DNA of 64,000 bases. It comes from Patescibacteria group bacterium. Lineage in GTDB: Bacteria; Patescibacteriota; Patescibacteriia; CAIXNZ01. Location of the stretch: NCBI GenBank assembly GCA_028714455.1, contig JAQTMG010000004.1, positions 5,425 to 69,424 on the forward strand, read 5' to 3'. Shown piece by piece: positions 9,009 through 19,321 of this stretch. The notes below the pieces were generated by a model. It was not told where the DNA came from. It ran no database searches and saw only the letters and a program-made list of their open reading frames with translations. Numbering within the stretch: the first letter of the stretch is position 1; each line of letters starts with the position of its first letter. Position numbers and translations under genes: made by a program.

Positions 9009-10106
9009 TTACACCAAAGAGATGTAATTTTGTCCGCCCAGATTCTTGACCATGCCTTTCATTTCCATCAGGCTCAAAGTGCCGCTGATCGTCGCAGCCG
9101 AGAGATTTGTTTCCTTGATAAGCTGGTCAATATGCTTGGGTTCTTTGGTTAGATTCTCAATGATCACTTTTTCTCCCAGTGTCTCGGGCAAGACCTTTTT
9201 ATTTGAGACAAAATGTTTAACTTCCTGAAGATTTAGCTCGTCCAAAATATCTTGAAACGAAGTCACCAGTTTAGCGCCTTTTTGGATTAACTTGTGGGTG
9301 CCGACTGAATTAGGATTGAAAAGTGAGCCGGGCACGGCAAAGACCTCGCGATTTTGTTCCAGTGAGCAATAAGCGGTAATAAGCGCGCCGGAACTTTCAG
9401 CGGCCTCAATAACCAGTGTGCCAAGTGATAGGCCGGCTATGACCCTGTTTCGCGTAGGGAAGTTATGTTTTAAAGGCAGGGTGCCAATAGGAAATTCACT
9501 GATTATCGTACCGCTATTATCCAAAATGTTTTGGGCCAAGTAGCGATTTGAAGCTGGATAAATACTTTGGTTATCAAGGCCGCTGCCCAAGACAGCGATT
9601 GTTTTGCCCCTAGCCTCCAGCGCGGCCTGATGGGCTAGAGCATCAGTGCCCAAGGCTAAACCGCTGACAATCGTAAACCCATTTTGAGCCAGGGGTTTGA
9701 CTATTTCTAAAGTTATTTGCCGGCCGTAATTAGAAACTTTGCGGGCTCCGACGGCCGCCAGCTTGTAATCGTTATTTAAGTTCGCCAGTTCGCCCTTGAC
9801 ATATAAAAGCGCTGGCGGCCCATAAATTTCTTTCAAGAGCTTAGGATACGTTTCATCTTTGATTGTGATAACTTTAATATTTTCTCTTTCAACTTTTTCC
9901 ATCTCAAGATCCGGATTTATTTCGCCGCGGATTAAAATAAATTCCTCGGCGATTTTTTGTTCTAGGCCGCTTTTTAAAAGTTCGGCATAAGGCGCGCGCC
10001 AGGCAGTTTCCATATCAGGAAAATAATTATAAAATTTGGCAAACCTGGCGGCGCCGATTTTGGCAAATTGCGAAATGGCAACCCAATATTTTAAATCGTT
10101 GGACAT
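9009..10106 (-). CDS. dprA: DNA processing protein DprA (Smf)
   Basis: The Rossmann-like DprA core GLALGTDALAHQAALEARGKTIAVLGSGLD is present. The dprA-topA gene order is widely conserved. Confidence 0.85.
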   Translation of the reverse strand: MSNDLKYWVAISQFAKIGAARFAKFYNYFPDMETAWRAPYAELLKSGLEQKIAEEFILIRGEINPDLEMEKVERENIKVITIKDETYPKLLKEIYGPPALLYVKGELANLNNDYKLAAVGARKVSNYGRQITLEIVKPLAQNGFTIVSGLALGTDALAHQAALEARGKTIAVLGSGLDNQSIYPASNRYLAQNILDNSGTIISEFPIGTLPLKHNFPTRNRVIAGLSLGTLVIEAAESSGALITAYCSLEQNREVFAVPGSLFNPNSVGTHKLIQKGAKLVTSFQDILDELNLQEVKHFVSNKKVLPETLGEKVIIENLTKEPKHIDQLIKETNLSAATISGTLSLMEMKGMVKNLGGQNYISLV

Positions 10107-10453
10107 AAATATAATCTACAATTCACAATTAACAATTCACAATAAATTAGCAATTATCAATTTTCAATATAGCATGGAGTTAGCAATATTGACAAAAGCA
10201 TTTAATTTTGGTATAATGTTTTATACAGCAAAATAATAATTTAGCCTTCGCTAACCGAAGTTAGCTACGGCTAACGAAGGTTAGTATCCAGAATTCTATT
10301 CGCCAGCCAGGCGAAACGAAACAGATAACCTCCTTTTTCTAAAGTAGGAGTAGCCATAAGTTAGGGCCCAAGCTTTATGCGAAAGGTTCTACGCTGGCGG
10401 GTAGTGTTCTGGATATTTAAAATTGGTCTTTAATAAAAAAGAAGGAGGACGAA

Positions 10454-10882
10454 ATGAAGGACATTAAAGCTTTTCTGTTTTTTCTTGGATATTGCTTAGG
10501 GGTGGGAGGCGCAATTGTCATGCTGAGTTCTATTTTGTTTCAAAATTATCGCTTGCACAGCATTTGTTTTTATGTAGGATGTGTTGGTTTTGGACTAGTA
10601 ATTTTGTCCGTCATCTTACCGCCTCGGTCACTTTTCAAACAGTCTAGAATTAATACCAGCGGAAAAGAGGCTATTTTAAAAAATGGCATGAAGGCATTGA
10701 AAAAGAAAATTATTTGGCTGGCATTCGTCGATCTTGCCTTGCTTGTCTGGTATAATTTGTATGTTGTATTCCCGCTCGTCAGTTTGCACCATCTCCTATT
10801 CGTTGTTGCGATGGTCGAGTGGAATATTGCATTGTTTGGTATTATACTTTATATGATTTTCCGCAATTTTTTTAGCGAGTAA
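10454..10882 (+). CDS. Hypothetical membrane protein with about 4 transmembrane helices
   Basis: 142 aa. A strong Shine-Dalgarno AAGGAGGA lies 6 nt upstream. A strong terminator follows. A 350-nt structured leader precedes it. Confidence 0.6.
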   Translation: MKDIKAFLFFLGYCLGVGGAIVMLSSILFQNYRLHSICFYVGCVGFGLVILSVILPPRSLFKQSRINTSGKEAILKNGMKALKKKIIWLAFVDLALLVWYNLYVVFPLVSLHHLLFVVAMVEWNIALFGIILYMIFRNFFSE

Positions 10883-10896
10883 CCTAGCCGCATAAA

Positions 10897-10926
10897 CCCG
10901 GTCGCAAGATCGGGTTTTTTTATTTT
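10897..10926 (+). terminator. Intrinsic terminator
   Basis: Stem CCCGGTC, tetraloop GCAA, stem GATCGGG, followed by T8. Confidence 0.7.
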
Positions 10927-10963
10927 GATACGAATATACAAATAATTTATTAATGATGCGAAT

Positions 10964-11054
10964 AAAAAAGCACCCTGTCATTCCGAATGTAATGAGGAAT
11001 CTATAACATCGATGTAATAGATCCTTCGCTGCGCTCAGGATGACAGGGTGCGTT
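10964..11054. repeat. Palindromic intergenic element, second member of the family seen at 4796-4952
   Basis: Outer inverted repeat GCACCCTGTCAT...ATGACAGGGTGC. It shares the core GTCATTCCGA and AGGAATCTATAACAT with the parB-rel element. It ends at the pth stop codon. Confidence 0.5.
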
Positions 11055-11629
11055 TAATTAAGTTTACTTTGAATTTTTTCAAGCGGTTCATTTTCGCAAA
11101 ACATTTTGATGGCTTCAATTGTGTCGGGAATAATTCCTTCCAATATCTCCTCATCTTCCTCACTGAATTTTTGGAGTACGAATTTGTCAGCCGGAATTAT
11201 TTCCTTGAGCTCATTGGCAATACCGACACGAATGCGAATAAAAGTTTTAGATTTTAATTTTTGAATGATTGAGTCAATGCCTTTGTGGCCGGCCGAGCTG
11301 GATTCAGTGGAGATTCTGATTTTACCAATGGGTAAATCCAAATCGTCTTGAATAACAATTATTTCACTCGATTTGATTTTATAAAATGTTTTCAGCGCTA
11401 AAACAGCGGCGCCAGAATCATTCATAAAAGTTGTGGGTTTGGCCAGGATAATTTTTTCAGCGCCAAAAGTACCCTCCGAGACTTCCGCATTGAATTTTTT
11501 TTCTGTCTTAAATTCCGACAAATCAAAAAGGCCATGAATCATTAATTCGTCAAGCAGGCGAAAGCCGACATTGTGTCTGGTGTTTTTGTAGTCAGGGCCA
11601 GGATTTCCTAATCCGATTATAAGTTTCAT
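11054..11629 (-). CDS. pth: Peptidyl-tRNA hydrolase
   Basis: The N-terminus MKLIIGLGNPGPDYKNTRHNVGF is the canonical Pth signature. Confidence 0.9.
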   Translation of the reverse strand: MKLIIGLGNPGPDYKNTRHNVGFRLLDELMIHGLFDLSEFKTEKKFNAEVSEGTFGAEKIILAKPTTFMNDSGAAVLALKTFYKIKSSEIIVIQDDLDLPIGKIRISTESSSAGHKGIDSIIQKLKSKTFIRIRVGIANELKEIIPADKFVLQKFSEEDEEILEGIIPDTIEAIKMFCENEPLEKIQSKLN

Positions 11630-11633
11630 ATAT

Positions 11634-13121
11634 TTAATAGGAGCTAAAGGTTTTAGAGGGGCTAGAGGTCGAAAGGCTTGTAGATTTTTGAATTTTTTTC
11701 TTGCCTCGGCTTGTAAATTTTCTGGGCTTGGTCGGTTCTGTTTTGTCGCTTCCCAGTTTAAGATTTACTTTTATGGGCGTGCCAATGATTTTAAATTTGG
11801 CGCGCAAGGAATTTTCCAGATATCTTAAATAGGAAGAGGCCAGCACGTCTTTTTTTCTAACCTGCACTTCAAAGATCGGAGGATTAGTGCGAACTTGTTT
11901 AAAGTTTGTCAGATAGGGGTGCAAAAACAAGCGTGAACTATTAGGTCTTTGTTTCTTTATGGCATTTTTTAAAAATTTACCCAAGGCATTCGTGTTTAAC
12001 TTGATATGCCGGCCGTCATAAACCTCTTTGGCTATATCCAATATATCATGGACATGTTTGCCTGTCTTGGCTGAAGTGAAAACAATTGGCGCCCACCTTA
12101 AATAAGGAAAAAAATGATTAATTAAGCGTTTATATTCATCGGCGGTCTTGGATTCTTTTTCTTCGACTAGATCCCATTTATTAGCCACCATGATAATACT
12201 GACTTGTTCGTCAAGTAAAAGTTGAGTCAAGCGATTGTCTTGGACAGTAATCGGCTGGGAAATATCAATGACCAAAAGACAAACATCTGAATTTCTGGCG
12301 TTGGCGATAGCTTTACCTACCGAAGCTTTTTCCAGCTCGCCGCCTTCTTTGGCGTGCTTGCGAATGCCGGCCGTGTCAACTAGCGTGTAATTTTGATCTT
12401 TGTAAATGAAATCGGTATCAATTGATTCTCTAGTCGTGAAAGCAATTGGTGAAACAATAACGCGTTCTTCGCCCAGAATTGAATTTAGCAATGATGATTT
12501 GCCGACATTGGGTTTGCCGATGATTGTGACGCGGATGGCTTTGGGAAATTCGTATTTTTTTCCTTTCCTAACCTTCTTCTGCTTTTTTAAATTATTCACA
12601 ATTTCGTCAAGCAGATCGCCGGTGCCGCCGCCGTTTTTGGCCGAGACAAAACTTATGTCGCCCAGACCCAGTTTATAAAAATCAGCGGCTCTTTCGCGCA
12701 TCTTAACATCGTCAGCTTTATTGGCGACTAGTAGAATCGGTTTTTTATATTTTTTTACTGCCTGCGCGAGTTCGCGGTCTTGCGGCATTAACCCTTCTTG
12801 CAAATCAACGACAAAAAGTATTAGGTCGGCTTCGGTTAGCGCGGCTTGGGTTTTCCTGATGATGTCCAGCGCGAAATCAACGTTTAAATCAGGGGAAAGT
12901 TTTTTGAGGCGCCTTGAGGGTACAATTGTCTCTATGCCTCCGGTATCTATCAATTCAAAATTATAGCCCTGCCAATAAACGGGGCTTATATTCATGTCGC
13001 GAGTCGTACCCGCGATTTTTGAAGTGATGGCCTTGGGTCTCTCGATGAGCCGATTAAAAAGAGTTGACTTGCCGACATTGGCTCGACCCAGGATTAAAAT
13101 TTTTGGTAATTTTTTTATCAT
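11634..13121 (-). CDS. der: Ribosome-associated GTPase Der (EngA), with tandem GTPase domains
   Basis: Two G-domains (GRANVGKSTLFN and GKPNVGKSSLLN) are followed by a KH-like domain. The C-terminus is a basic, Ser-rich tail. Confidence 0.9.
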   Translation of the reverse strand: MIKKLPKILILGRANVGKSTLFNRLIERPKAITSKIAGTTRDMNISPVYWQGYNFELIDTGGIETIVPSRRLKKLSPDLNVDFALDIIRKTQAALTEADLILFVVDLQEGLMPQDRELAQAVKKYKKPILLVANKADDVKMRERAADFYKLGLGDISFVSAKNGGGTGDLLDEIVNNLKKQKKVRKGKKYEFPKAIRVTIIGKPNVGKSSLLNSILGEERVIVSPIAFTTRESIDTDFIYKDQNYTLVDTAGIRKHAKEGGELEKASVGKAIANARNSDVCLLVIDISQPITVQDNRLTQLLLDEQVSIIMVANKWDLVEEKESKTADEYKRLINHFFPYLRWAPIVFTSAKTGKHVHDILDIAKEVYDGRHIKLNTNALGKFLKNAIKKQRPNSSRLFLHPYLTNFKQVRTNPPIFEVQVRKKDVLASSYLRYLENSLRAKFKIIGTPIKVNLKLGSDKTEPTKPRKFTSRGKKKIQKSTSLSTSSPSKTFSSY

Positions 13122-13125
13122 TTGT

Positions 13126-14541
13126 TTAATTGGTGGCGTAGTTGCCCTGATCTTTACCCAGGATAATTAAAAAATCAATTTTTTGATTTTGATCATAAGA
13201 GAGCCAGTCGGGTTTTTCCGTTGAGACATTGGCATTCAGCTTGCTTTTTAGATTTTCAAGCGCGTCTGACTGCTGACCGCCGGTCAGATCGTAGATAACC
13301 GTTTTTTCGAAATCTTGTTTAACGCAGTTTCCTATTCTAACAACGTCATAGCCGCCGTTTTTAAGCCCCGTGCTTGTTTTAGTGGCGAGGCCTTCTATCT
13401 TTGTGCCGTTTTGCACCTCCAGTTTAATTTTTTCTTTTATTTTTGTTTCCTGCTGCGGGTCAAAAACATATTTAACCATTTGTTGAAGCTGGAAAAAGGA
13501 CATGTCCTTGGGCAGGAGCAAGAATTGGCCGTTGATATTCGTGGCGTAGAGCTGGCCGTTGGGACCGTCATCCAAAACCAGATTAGTGATGCTTTCTTTG
13601 TCCACTTTCTTAGCCAGTTTGGCGAATTTGAAAATTTCCCAGGCGGTTAAATTCGTTTCCACGTTATTTTTATAAAAATCAAGCAGGGCATTGACCTTGC
13701 TGTAGCTGAAAAATGTGGTAAATGAAGTGGCCTGGTCTTTTATCGCCTGCAGGACGTTTTGCTGCCGTTTGCTCCTGGCAAAATCAGAACTCTCGCCGTT
13801 ATTGCCGTGACGAGAACGGACGTAATTCAAAGCTGTTTCGCCGTTCATTTTTTGCCAGCCGGCTTTGAACGAAACAGTTTTATAGCCATTTGTGTCAACT
13901 ACGCCATTGGTTGAAACTGTTTCAACCGGGAACTCATTGTCGGTAAATTCGTTGTTGACGTATATTTTTATCCCGCCCAACTCATCGATTAGTTTTTCAA
14001 AACCGGCGAAGTCCACGCGCACATAATAATCGACCGGCACGTCAAGAGTTTTGGCGACCACTTCGGCGGCCAGCTCACTGCCGTGACCGGGATTTTTCAT
14101 TTCGCCGAAATGATTGGCATAGTTTATTTTGTACCAGCCATAGCCAGGCATTGGTACGGCCAGATCGCGGGGAATTGAAATGAGCGCCACATCTCCAGTC
14201 GAAGGTTTGAGTGAGGCCAAAATCATCGTGTCTGTAAGATAGGGTCCATCGTGGCCTTTGCCGCCCATGCCTAAAAGTAAAATGTTAATGCGGTCAGAAG
14301 TCTCGCCTTTGAGGGCTCTGTCGGCGCCCACTGACAGGCCGAACAAATTCATTCTTTCCAGATTTTCACCCAGGCTGTCTCCCGAAATTATTATTTGGAA
14401 AGAAAAAGCCGAGATGAAAACTATCAAAAAAATAATTGGATAAAAATATTTTTTCGAAAATGGTTTTTTATGTCTTGATTTTTTGATAAATTCCTTTTCG
14501 AGGTGAGAAAGGAAATTCACTTTATGACTGGTCATTTTCAA
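13126..14541 (-). CDS. LytR-CpsA-Psr (LCP) family cell-envelope phosphotransferase
   Basis: N-terminal transmembrane helix. The LCP core is LLLGMGGKGHDGPYLTDTMILASL...ISIPRDL. The C-terminus carries a LytR_C-like domain. Confidence 0.8.
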   Translation of the reverse strand: MKMTSHKVNFLSHLEKEFIKKSRHKKPFSKKYFYPIIFLIVFISAFSFQIIISGDSLGENLERMNLFGLSVGADRALKGETSDRINILLLGMGGKGHDGPYLTDTMILASLKPSTGDVALISIPRDLAVPMPGYGWYKINYANHFGEMKNPGHGSELAAEVVAKTLDVPVDYYVRVDFAGFEKLIDELGGIKIYVNNEFTDNEFPVETVSTNGVVDTNGYKTVSFKAGWQKMNGETALNYVRSRHGNNGESSDFARSKRQQNVLQAIKDQATSFTTFFSYSKVNALLDFYKNNVETNLTAWEIFKFAKLAKKVDKESITNLVLDDGPNGQLYATNINGQFLLLPKDMSFFQLQQMVKYVFDPQQETKIKEKIKLEVQNGTKIEGLATKTSTGLKNGGYDVVRIGNCVKQDFEKTVIYDLTGGQQSDALENLKSKLNANVSTEKPDWLSYDQNQKIDFLIILGKDQGNYATN

Positions 14542-14713
14542 ATAAAAAATTAATGAAGCAGATGTTTACTCATTTTTGTGGAATTTTTTTATTCCTTATA
14601 GTATATTAAACCAGTTTAAACGAAAAATTTCAAGTTTAAATCGGGATTTGCCCGAATCGATTTTTTGTGATACAATTTACGTAATCTTTGTTTCTAATTA
14701 TTAAAGGATAATT

Positions 14714-15343
14714 ATGAATAATAGCGATAAAGGCGGCAATCAGTTTGAATGGAAAACCGGTTCGGCTTACGATTCGCTTTGGCATTCCTTTGCTGATTTT
14801 TTTGTGGAAATCGTCAAGGTCGTCATTATATCCCTAGCCATTATTATACCGATTAGATATTTCTTGATTCAGCCCTTTTATGTTAAGGGCGCTTCCATGG
14901 AACCGAATTTTCACGATCACGAATATCTGATAATCAATGAAATCGGCTACCGCCTCGAACAGCCCAGCCGAGGCGACGTGGTCGTTTTTCGTTATCCGAA
15001 AGATCCCAGTCAATATTTCATTAAGAGAATTATCGGTTTGCCCGGCGAGAAAGTGAAAATCAAAGACAATAAGGTCTATATCTACAATGAGAAATATCCC
15101 GGCGGTATCGCCTTGAATGAAGAAGTCTATCTGCCCGAAGATACGCAGACGACTTATTTCGGCAAGTCCGAATTTGATCTGGGGACAGATGAATATTTTG
15201 TCATGGGCGACAATCGAGAAGCGAGTCTGGATTCAAGAAGATTCGGTCCAGTGCCGCGCAGATTGATAATCGGCGACACCTGGGTCAGGGGCTGGCCCTT
15301 TGATAAAATCACTGTCTTTGGAAAGCCACAATATAATTTATAA
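14714..15343 (+). CDS. lepB: Signal peptidase I
   Basis: S26 boxes are present: GASMEP (catalytic Ser), RGDVVVF, IKRIIGLPGE (catalytic Lys), and YFVMGDNREASLDSR. Confidence 0.9.
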   Translation: MNNSDKGGNQFEWKTGSAYDSLWHSFADFFVEIVKVVIISLAIIIPIRYFLIQPFYVKGASMEPNFHDHEYLIINEIGYRLEQPSRGDVVVFRYPKDPSQYFIKRIIGLPGEKVKIKDNKVYIYNEKYPGGIALNEEVYLPEDTQTTYFGKSEFDLGTDEYFVMGDNREASLDSRRFGPVPRRLIIGDTWVRGWPFDKITVFGKPQYNL

Positions 15344-15346
15344 ATT

Positions 15347-16720
15347 ATGCCAAAGGTTAAAAATAAAATCATAAAAAAGGTTCAAGAAAAAAAAGCAAAA
15401 GTCGCCGGAGTTCCCGAACTGATAAACGAACCGATCAAATCAAATAAAAAAACCCCGCAGCTAGTTCGAGGATTTAAAGATATTTTGCCGTCAGAGCAAA
15501 AATATTTTAGATTTATTGGAAACAGGCTAGAATCACTCGCCCAGGATTATGGTTTTGAAAAAATAGACCCACCAATCTTGGAGGAGACCAGTCTTTTTTC
15601 ACGCGCGGTCGGCAAGGAAACGGACATTGTTTCAAAGGAAATGTTTTCTTTTGAAACGCCGGGGGGAGAGAGAGTAAGTTTGAGACCGGAAGCCACGGCT
15701 TCGGTTGTCAGGGCCTATATAAATCACGGCATGCTCAACCTGCCGCAACCGGTTAAACTGTACTATACCGGCCCGATGTTTAGATATGAACGTCCGCAAT
15801 CAGGTCGCTACCGTCAATTCAGTCAGTTCGGCTTTGAGATCTTGGGCGATAAACACCCGGTTCTTGACGCGCAGCTGATAATTCTTGCCAATAATTTTTT
15901 TCAAGAGATTGGTCTTAAAACCTCGGTTCAGATCAATAGCATCGGCTGTGCGGTTTGCAGGAAAGAATATAAGACGCAACTCGTTAATTATTATAAAACT
16001 CAAAAAGCCAATCTCTGTGTTGATTGCAAAGAGAGGTTGTACAAAAATCCTCTGCGACTTTTGGATTGTAAGGAAGAGAAGTGTTCTATTATTAAAGAGG
16101 AGGCGCCGCAGATAGTCGATTGGTTGTGCGATGAATGCAAAAACCATTTTGTTAAAGTCTTAGAATTTTTGGACGAGGTTCAGCTGCCATACAACTTGAA
16201 TCCCAGCTTAGTTCGCGGACTGGATTATTACACCAACACAGTGTTTGAAATATGGCCAGAGGGCGAGGAGAAAAAATCGCAGAGCGCTTTATGCGGCGGC
16301 GGACGCTATGATAATTTAATCGAGCTTTTGGGCGGCAGACCGACTCCTGCTCTGGGAGTCTCTGTTGGCATCGAGAGAACCATCTTAAAACTTAAAGAAT
16401 TGAATATTGAGATTCCAGACAGAGAAAAAAGAGATATTTTCGTGGCCCAACTTGGCGAGGCAGCCAGAAAAAAGTGCTTGCCGCTGTATGAATCTTTAAG
16501 AAAAGAAGGAATCAGAGTGGCTGAAAATTTTTCCAAGGACGGCTTGAAGGCACAGCTTGAAATCGCGGGCAAACTCGGTGTTAGATATTCGCTGATTCTC
16601 GGGCAGAAGGAACTTTCGGAAGGCACTATCTTGTTGCGCGACATGGAGGCAGGGGTGCAGGAAACGCTGAATTTCAACAAGGTTATTAAAGAGGTTAAGA
16701 AAAGATTGGAAAATCAGTAA
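15347..16720 (+). CDS. hisS: Histidine--tRNA ligase
   Basis: Class II aminoacyl-tRNA synthetase motifs and HisS-specific signatures (LVRGFKDILP, YYTGPMFRYERPQSGRYRQFSQFGFE). A C-terminal anticodon-binding domain is present. Confidence 0.9.
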   Translation: MPKVKNKIIKKVQEKKAKVAGVPELINEPIKSNKKTPQLVRGFKDILPSEQKYFRFIGNRLESLAQDYGFEKIDPPILEETSLFSRAVGKETDIVSKEMFSFETPGGERVSLRPEATASVVRAYINHGMLNLPQPVKLYYTGPMFRYERPQSGRYRQFSQFGFEILGDKHPVLDAQLIILANNFFQEIGLKTSVQINSIGCAVCRKEYKTQLVNYYKTQKANLCVDCKERLYKNPLRLLDCKEEKCSIIKEEAPQIVDWLCDECKNHFVKVLEFLDEVQLPYNLNPSLVRGLDYYTNTVFEIWPEGEEKKSQSALCGGGRYDNLIELLGGRPTPALGVSVGIERTILKLKELNIEIPDREKRDIFVAQLGEAARKKCLPLYESLRKEGIRVAENFSKDGLKAQLEIAGKLGVRYSLILGQKELSEGTILLRDMEAGVQETLNFNKVIKEVKKRLENQ

Positions 16721-16744
16721 TAATAAGGAAATTTAGCTTAACTA

Positions 16745-16766
16745 AGCCCAAAAATGGGCTTTTGTT
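16745..16766 (+). terminator. Weak intrinsic terminator after hisS
   Basis: Hairpin AGCCC-AAAAAT-GGGCT followed by TTTGTT. Confidence 0.4.
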
Positions 16767-16783
16767 ATGTATTTAAGGTATTT

Positions 16784-16812
16784 TTGACTTTATTCAGTTT
16801 TATTGCTATTAT
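16784..16812 (+). promoter_or_regulatory. Sigma70-type promoter for the rpsU operon: TTGACT, 17-bp spacer, TATTAT
   Basis: TTGACT at 16784-16789 and TATTAT at 16807-16812. A Shine-Dalgarno AAAGGAG lies upstream of the rpsU ATG. Confidence 0.5.
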
Positions 16813-16837
16813 TTAAGTAATTTAAAGGAGATGGAAA

Positions 16838-17059
16838 ATGACTGAAGTTAAAAGAAGAAAGGGGGAAACATTTGAGAGCCTGCTTAGACGGTTTAATAAG
16901 CGGATTATTCAGGGTGGCAAGATTCTTCAGGCCAAGAAAATTAGGTTTTTAGAAAAAGAACCTAATAAGAATTTATCAAAAAAATTAGCCTTGAGAAGAC
17001 TAAAAATCAAGAATCAGAAAGAATATTTGAAAAAAATCGGTAAGCTGATCGAGGAATAA
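16838..17059 (+). CDS. rpsU: 30S ribosomal protein S21
   Basis: 73 aa and basic. LRRFNKRIIQGGKILQAKKIRFLEKE matches the bS21 family. Confidence 0.85.
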   Translation: MTEVKRRKGETFESLLRRFNKRIIQGGKILQAKKIRFLEKEPNKNLSKKLALRRLKIKNQKEYLKKIGKLIEE

Positions 17060-17069
17060 AAATTATAAA

Positions 17070-17510
17070 ATGCCAATTTTGGATAAAATTAATTCTGACT
17101 TCACGCGGGTATACAAAGAGCAAAAGCAAGATGCGGTTTCAACTTTGCGTCTACTTTTAGCTGCTTTTAAAAACGAACGCATCAAAAAAATGACCGATCT
17201 CAATGATGACGATGTCATAAAGATTATTAAGTCAGAGATAAAGAAAAGAAAAGAAGCGATAGAGGAATACGAAAAAGCAGGTAGAAAAGATTTGGCCGAA
17301 AAAGAAAAAAGAGAATTGGCTATCCTTAATCCCTATCTCCCGGAACAAATGGGTGAAGCGGAAATAAAAGTAGTAGTCGAGAAAATTATTAAAGAAGTCG
17401 GCGAGGGAGAAAATGAAGGAAAGATTATGGGGAGAGTGATGGCCGAATTAAAGGGGAAAGCTGATGGCACATTAGTTAAAAAAGTAGTTCAAGAGATATT
17501 AAAAAAATAA
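17070..17510 (+). CDS. GatB/YqeY domain protein
   Basis: 146 aa with the YqeY-like motif (LRLLLAAFKNERIKK...LNPYLPEQM). It follows rpsU, as it does in many bacteria. Confidence 0.8.
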   Translation: MPILDKINSDFTRVYKEQKQDAVSTLRLLLAAFKNERIKKMTDLNDDDVIKIIKSEIKKRKEAIEEYEKAGRKDLAEKEKRELAILNPYLPEQMGEAEIKVVVEKIIKEVGEGENEGKIMGRVMAELKGKADGTLVKKVVQEILKK

Positions 17511-17528
17511 TCCTTTGCCTAAATACCC

Positions 17529-19298
17529 ATGCTCAAGTCATTTACAAAGGAAATGAAATATAAAAAAACTGCCAAGGCACTGAAAATAGTTGTTTTGATT
17601 TTGGCGGTTTTTTTGTTTGCCCAAATCGCCCAGGCAGCCAATCTTGAGGTGGGTTTAAATTACGCTACGGCCACGGGGCTGGGAACACAAGACATCAGAG
17701 TCACCATTGCCAATGTTATCAGGGCATTTTTGGGTCTGCTTGGCCTATTGGCTATTGCCGTCCTGCTTTATGGCGGTTATGTCTGGATGACGGCTGCCGG
17801 TAATGAGGAAAAAGTGAAAAAGGCGAAACAGATTTTGATAAACGGAGTAATTGGATTATTGATAATTCTTTCGGCTTACGGAATCGCTTCGTTCATAATC
17901 GGTTCAATCCTGGGAGGCGGCGGAGCCGGCGGCGGCGGTGGCGAAGGAGCAGTTCCACCTGGCGGAGGCGGTGGTGCTCTCGGAGCTGGAATTATCGAGA
18001 GTCATTATCCTGGCAGAAATGCCACGGGCATACCTCGCAATACTAGCATAGTCATTACTTTTAAGGAGCCGATGGATGTAAACAGCCTGGAAACGGCCGG
18101 CGAAATAAATTCAGCAAATGTAAAAGTTCATCCGAGTGCAAGCTCGACTAATGTCGTTGACATTAGCGCCCATCATACGCAGGATTTGAAAACCTTTGTT
18201 TATAAGCCGACGAATTTGCTTGGCGAGGCTGGCTCCAACACAACTTATGTCATTGAGCTCTCCAATGCGATAAAAAAATCTGACGGCAGCAATGCGTTTG
18301 GGCTGGAAGGCTACAATTGGCAGTTTGAAATTTCAACTTTAGTGGATAACACTCCGCCCCAAATTATCGGGATTATTCCAGTTCCTGGTACGGCCACCTA
18401 TCCCAGAAATACAGTGGTGCAAATAAATTTTAGCGAGCCGATTAATCCGATGACGATTCGCGGGAAAAGCGATTCTTATAACATCATCAGCGTGAAAAAC
18501 GGACAAGCTGTAGTGGCTGGCGAATTTTTTTACGGCAACCAATATCAGACCGTTGAATTTGTAACCAATGACTTGTGCGGAAAAAATAGCTGTGGCGGCA
18601 ATGTTTACTGCCTGCCCGGGCCTGCTTCACTATCAGTTTTGGTAAAAGCGGCCACCATTGATAACTCGGGGAAGGCGAATTTTGGAGCCAACGGATATGA
18701 TGGAATTGTGGACATGGCTGACAATTCTTTGGATGGCAACGGAAACAACAAATCAGAAGGTCCGCAATCTCAAACTGCCAAACTACCATTTGACGCAAAT
18801 AATCCTGGTCCGCTGACGCAAGGCGACGATTACACCTGGAGTTTCAGTACAAGCAGCGTTATTGATTTGATTCCGCCAGAAATAATAAATTATTCCCCAG
18901 ACGCTAATAGCAGCGGAGTCAGTCCTTTGGGTGATTTTTTGGTGACGTTTTCTAAAATAATGATGGCCACGACCCTAAAACCGGGCAGCGGTTATGGCGA
19001 CGGGCTAAATTATATTACCCTGACGCAGCCCCAGAATCTGCCAGTCACCGGCTATTGGATTTCAAGCACAAACAATTTTGGAAATAACCAGACGACGGCT
19101 TCAATCGGCCACTCGACTCTTTTTGAGAATTCTAATTATGGATTAAGTTTAGGTTCTGGCTTGAAAGATATTACACAAAATTGTTATTCTCCCTGCTCGG
19201 GACCTAATTGTGTTAGAGTACCGACTTCAACCCCGGGCCAATATCAGCAAGGTTCGCCGTGGCAGGGAACTTATCCCTCGTGTAATCTAGGACAATAA
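17529..19298 (+). CDS. Secreted protein with an N-terminal T4SS-pilin/VirB2-like hairpin domain, a Gly-rich linker and Ig-like domains
   Basis: A signal peptide is followed by two hydrophobic helices (NVIRAFLGLLGLLAIAVLLYGG...GVIGLLIILSAYGIASFIIG), then a poly-Gly stretch, then beta-rich repeats. The N-terminal domain is paralogous to that of the next ORF. Confidence 0.55.
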   Translation: MLKSFTKEMKYKKTAKALKIVVLILAVFLFAQIAQAANLEVGLNYATATGLGTQDIRVTIANVIRAFLGLLGLLAIAVLLYGGYVWMTAAGNEEKVKKAKQILINGVIGLLIILSAYGIASFIIGSILGGGGAGGGGGEGAVPPGGGGGALGAGIIESHYPGRNATGIPRNTSIVITFKEPMDVNSLETAGEINSANVKVHPSASSTNVVDISAHHTQDLKTFVYKPTNLLGEAGSNTTYVIELSNAIKKSDGSNAFGLEGYNWQFEISTLVDNTPPQIIGIIPVPGTATYPRNTVVQINFSEPINPMTIRGKSDSYNIISVKNGQAVVAGEFFYGNQYQTVEFVTNDLCGKNSCGGNVYCLPGPASLSVLVKAATIDNSGKANFGANGYDGIVDMADNSLDGNGNNKSEGPQSQTAKLPFDANNPGPLTQGDDYTWSFSTSSVIDLIPPEIINYSPDANSSGVSPLGDFLVTFSKIMMATTLKPGSGYGDGLNYITLTQPQNLPVTGYWISSTNNFGNNQTTASIGHSTLFENSNYGLSLGSGLKDITQNCYSPCSGPNCVRVPTSTPGQYQQGSPWQGTYPSCNLGQ

Positions 19299-19321
19299 GT
19301 TGAAAGTTTATAAAGTTTGAT

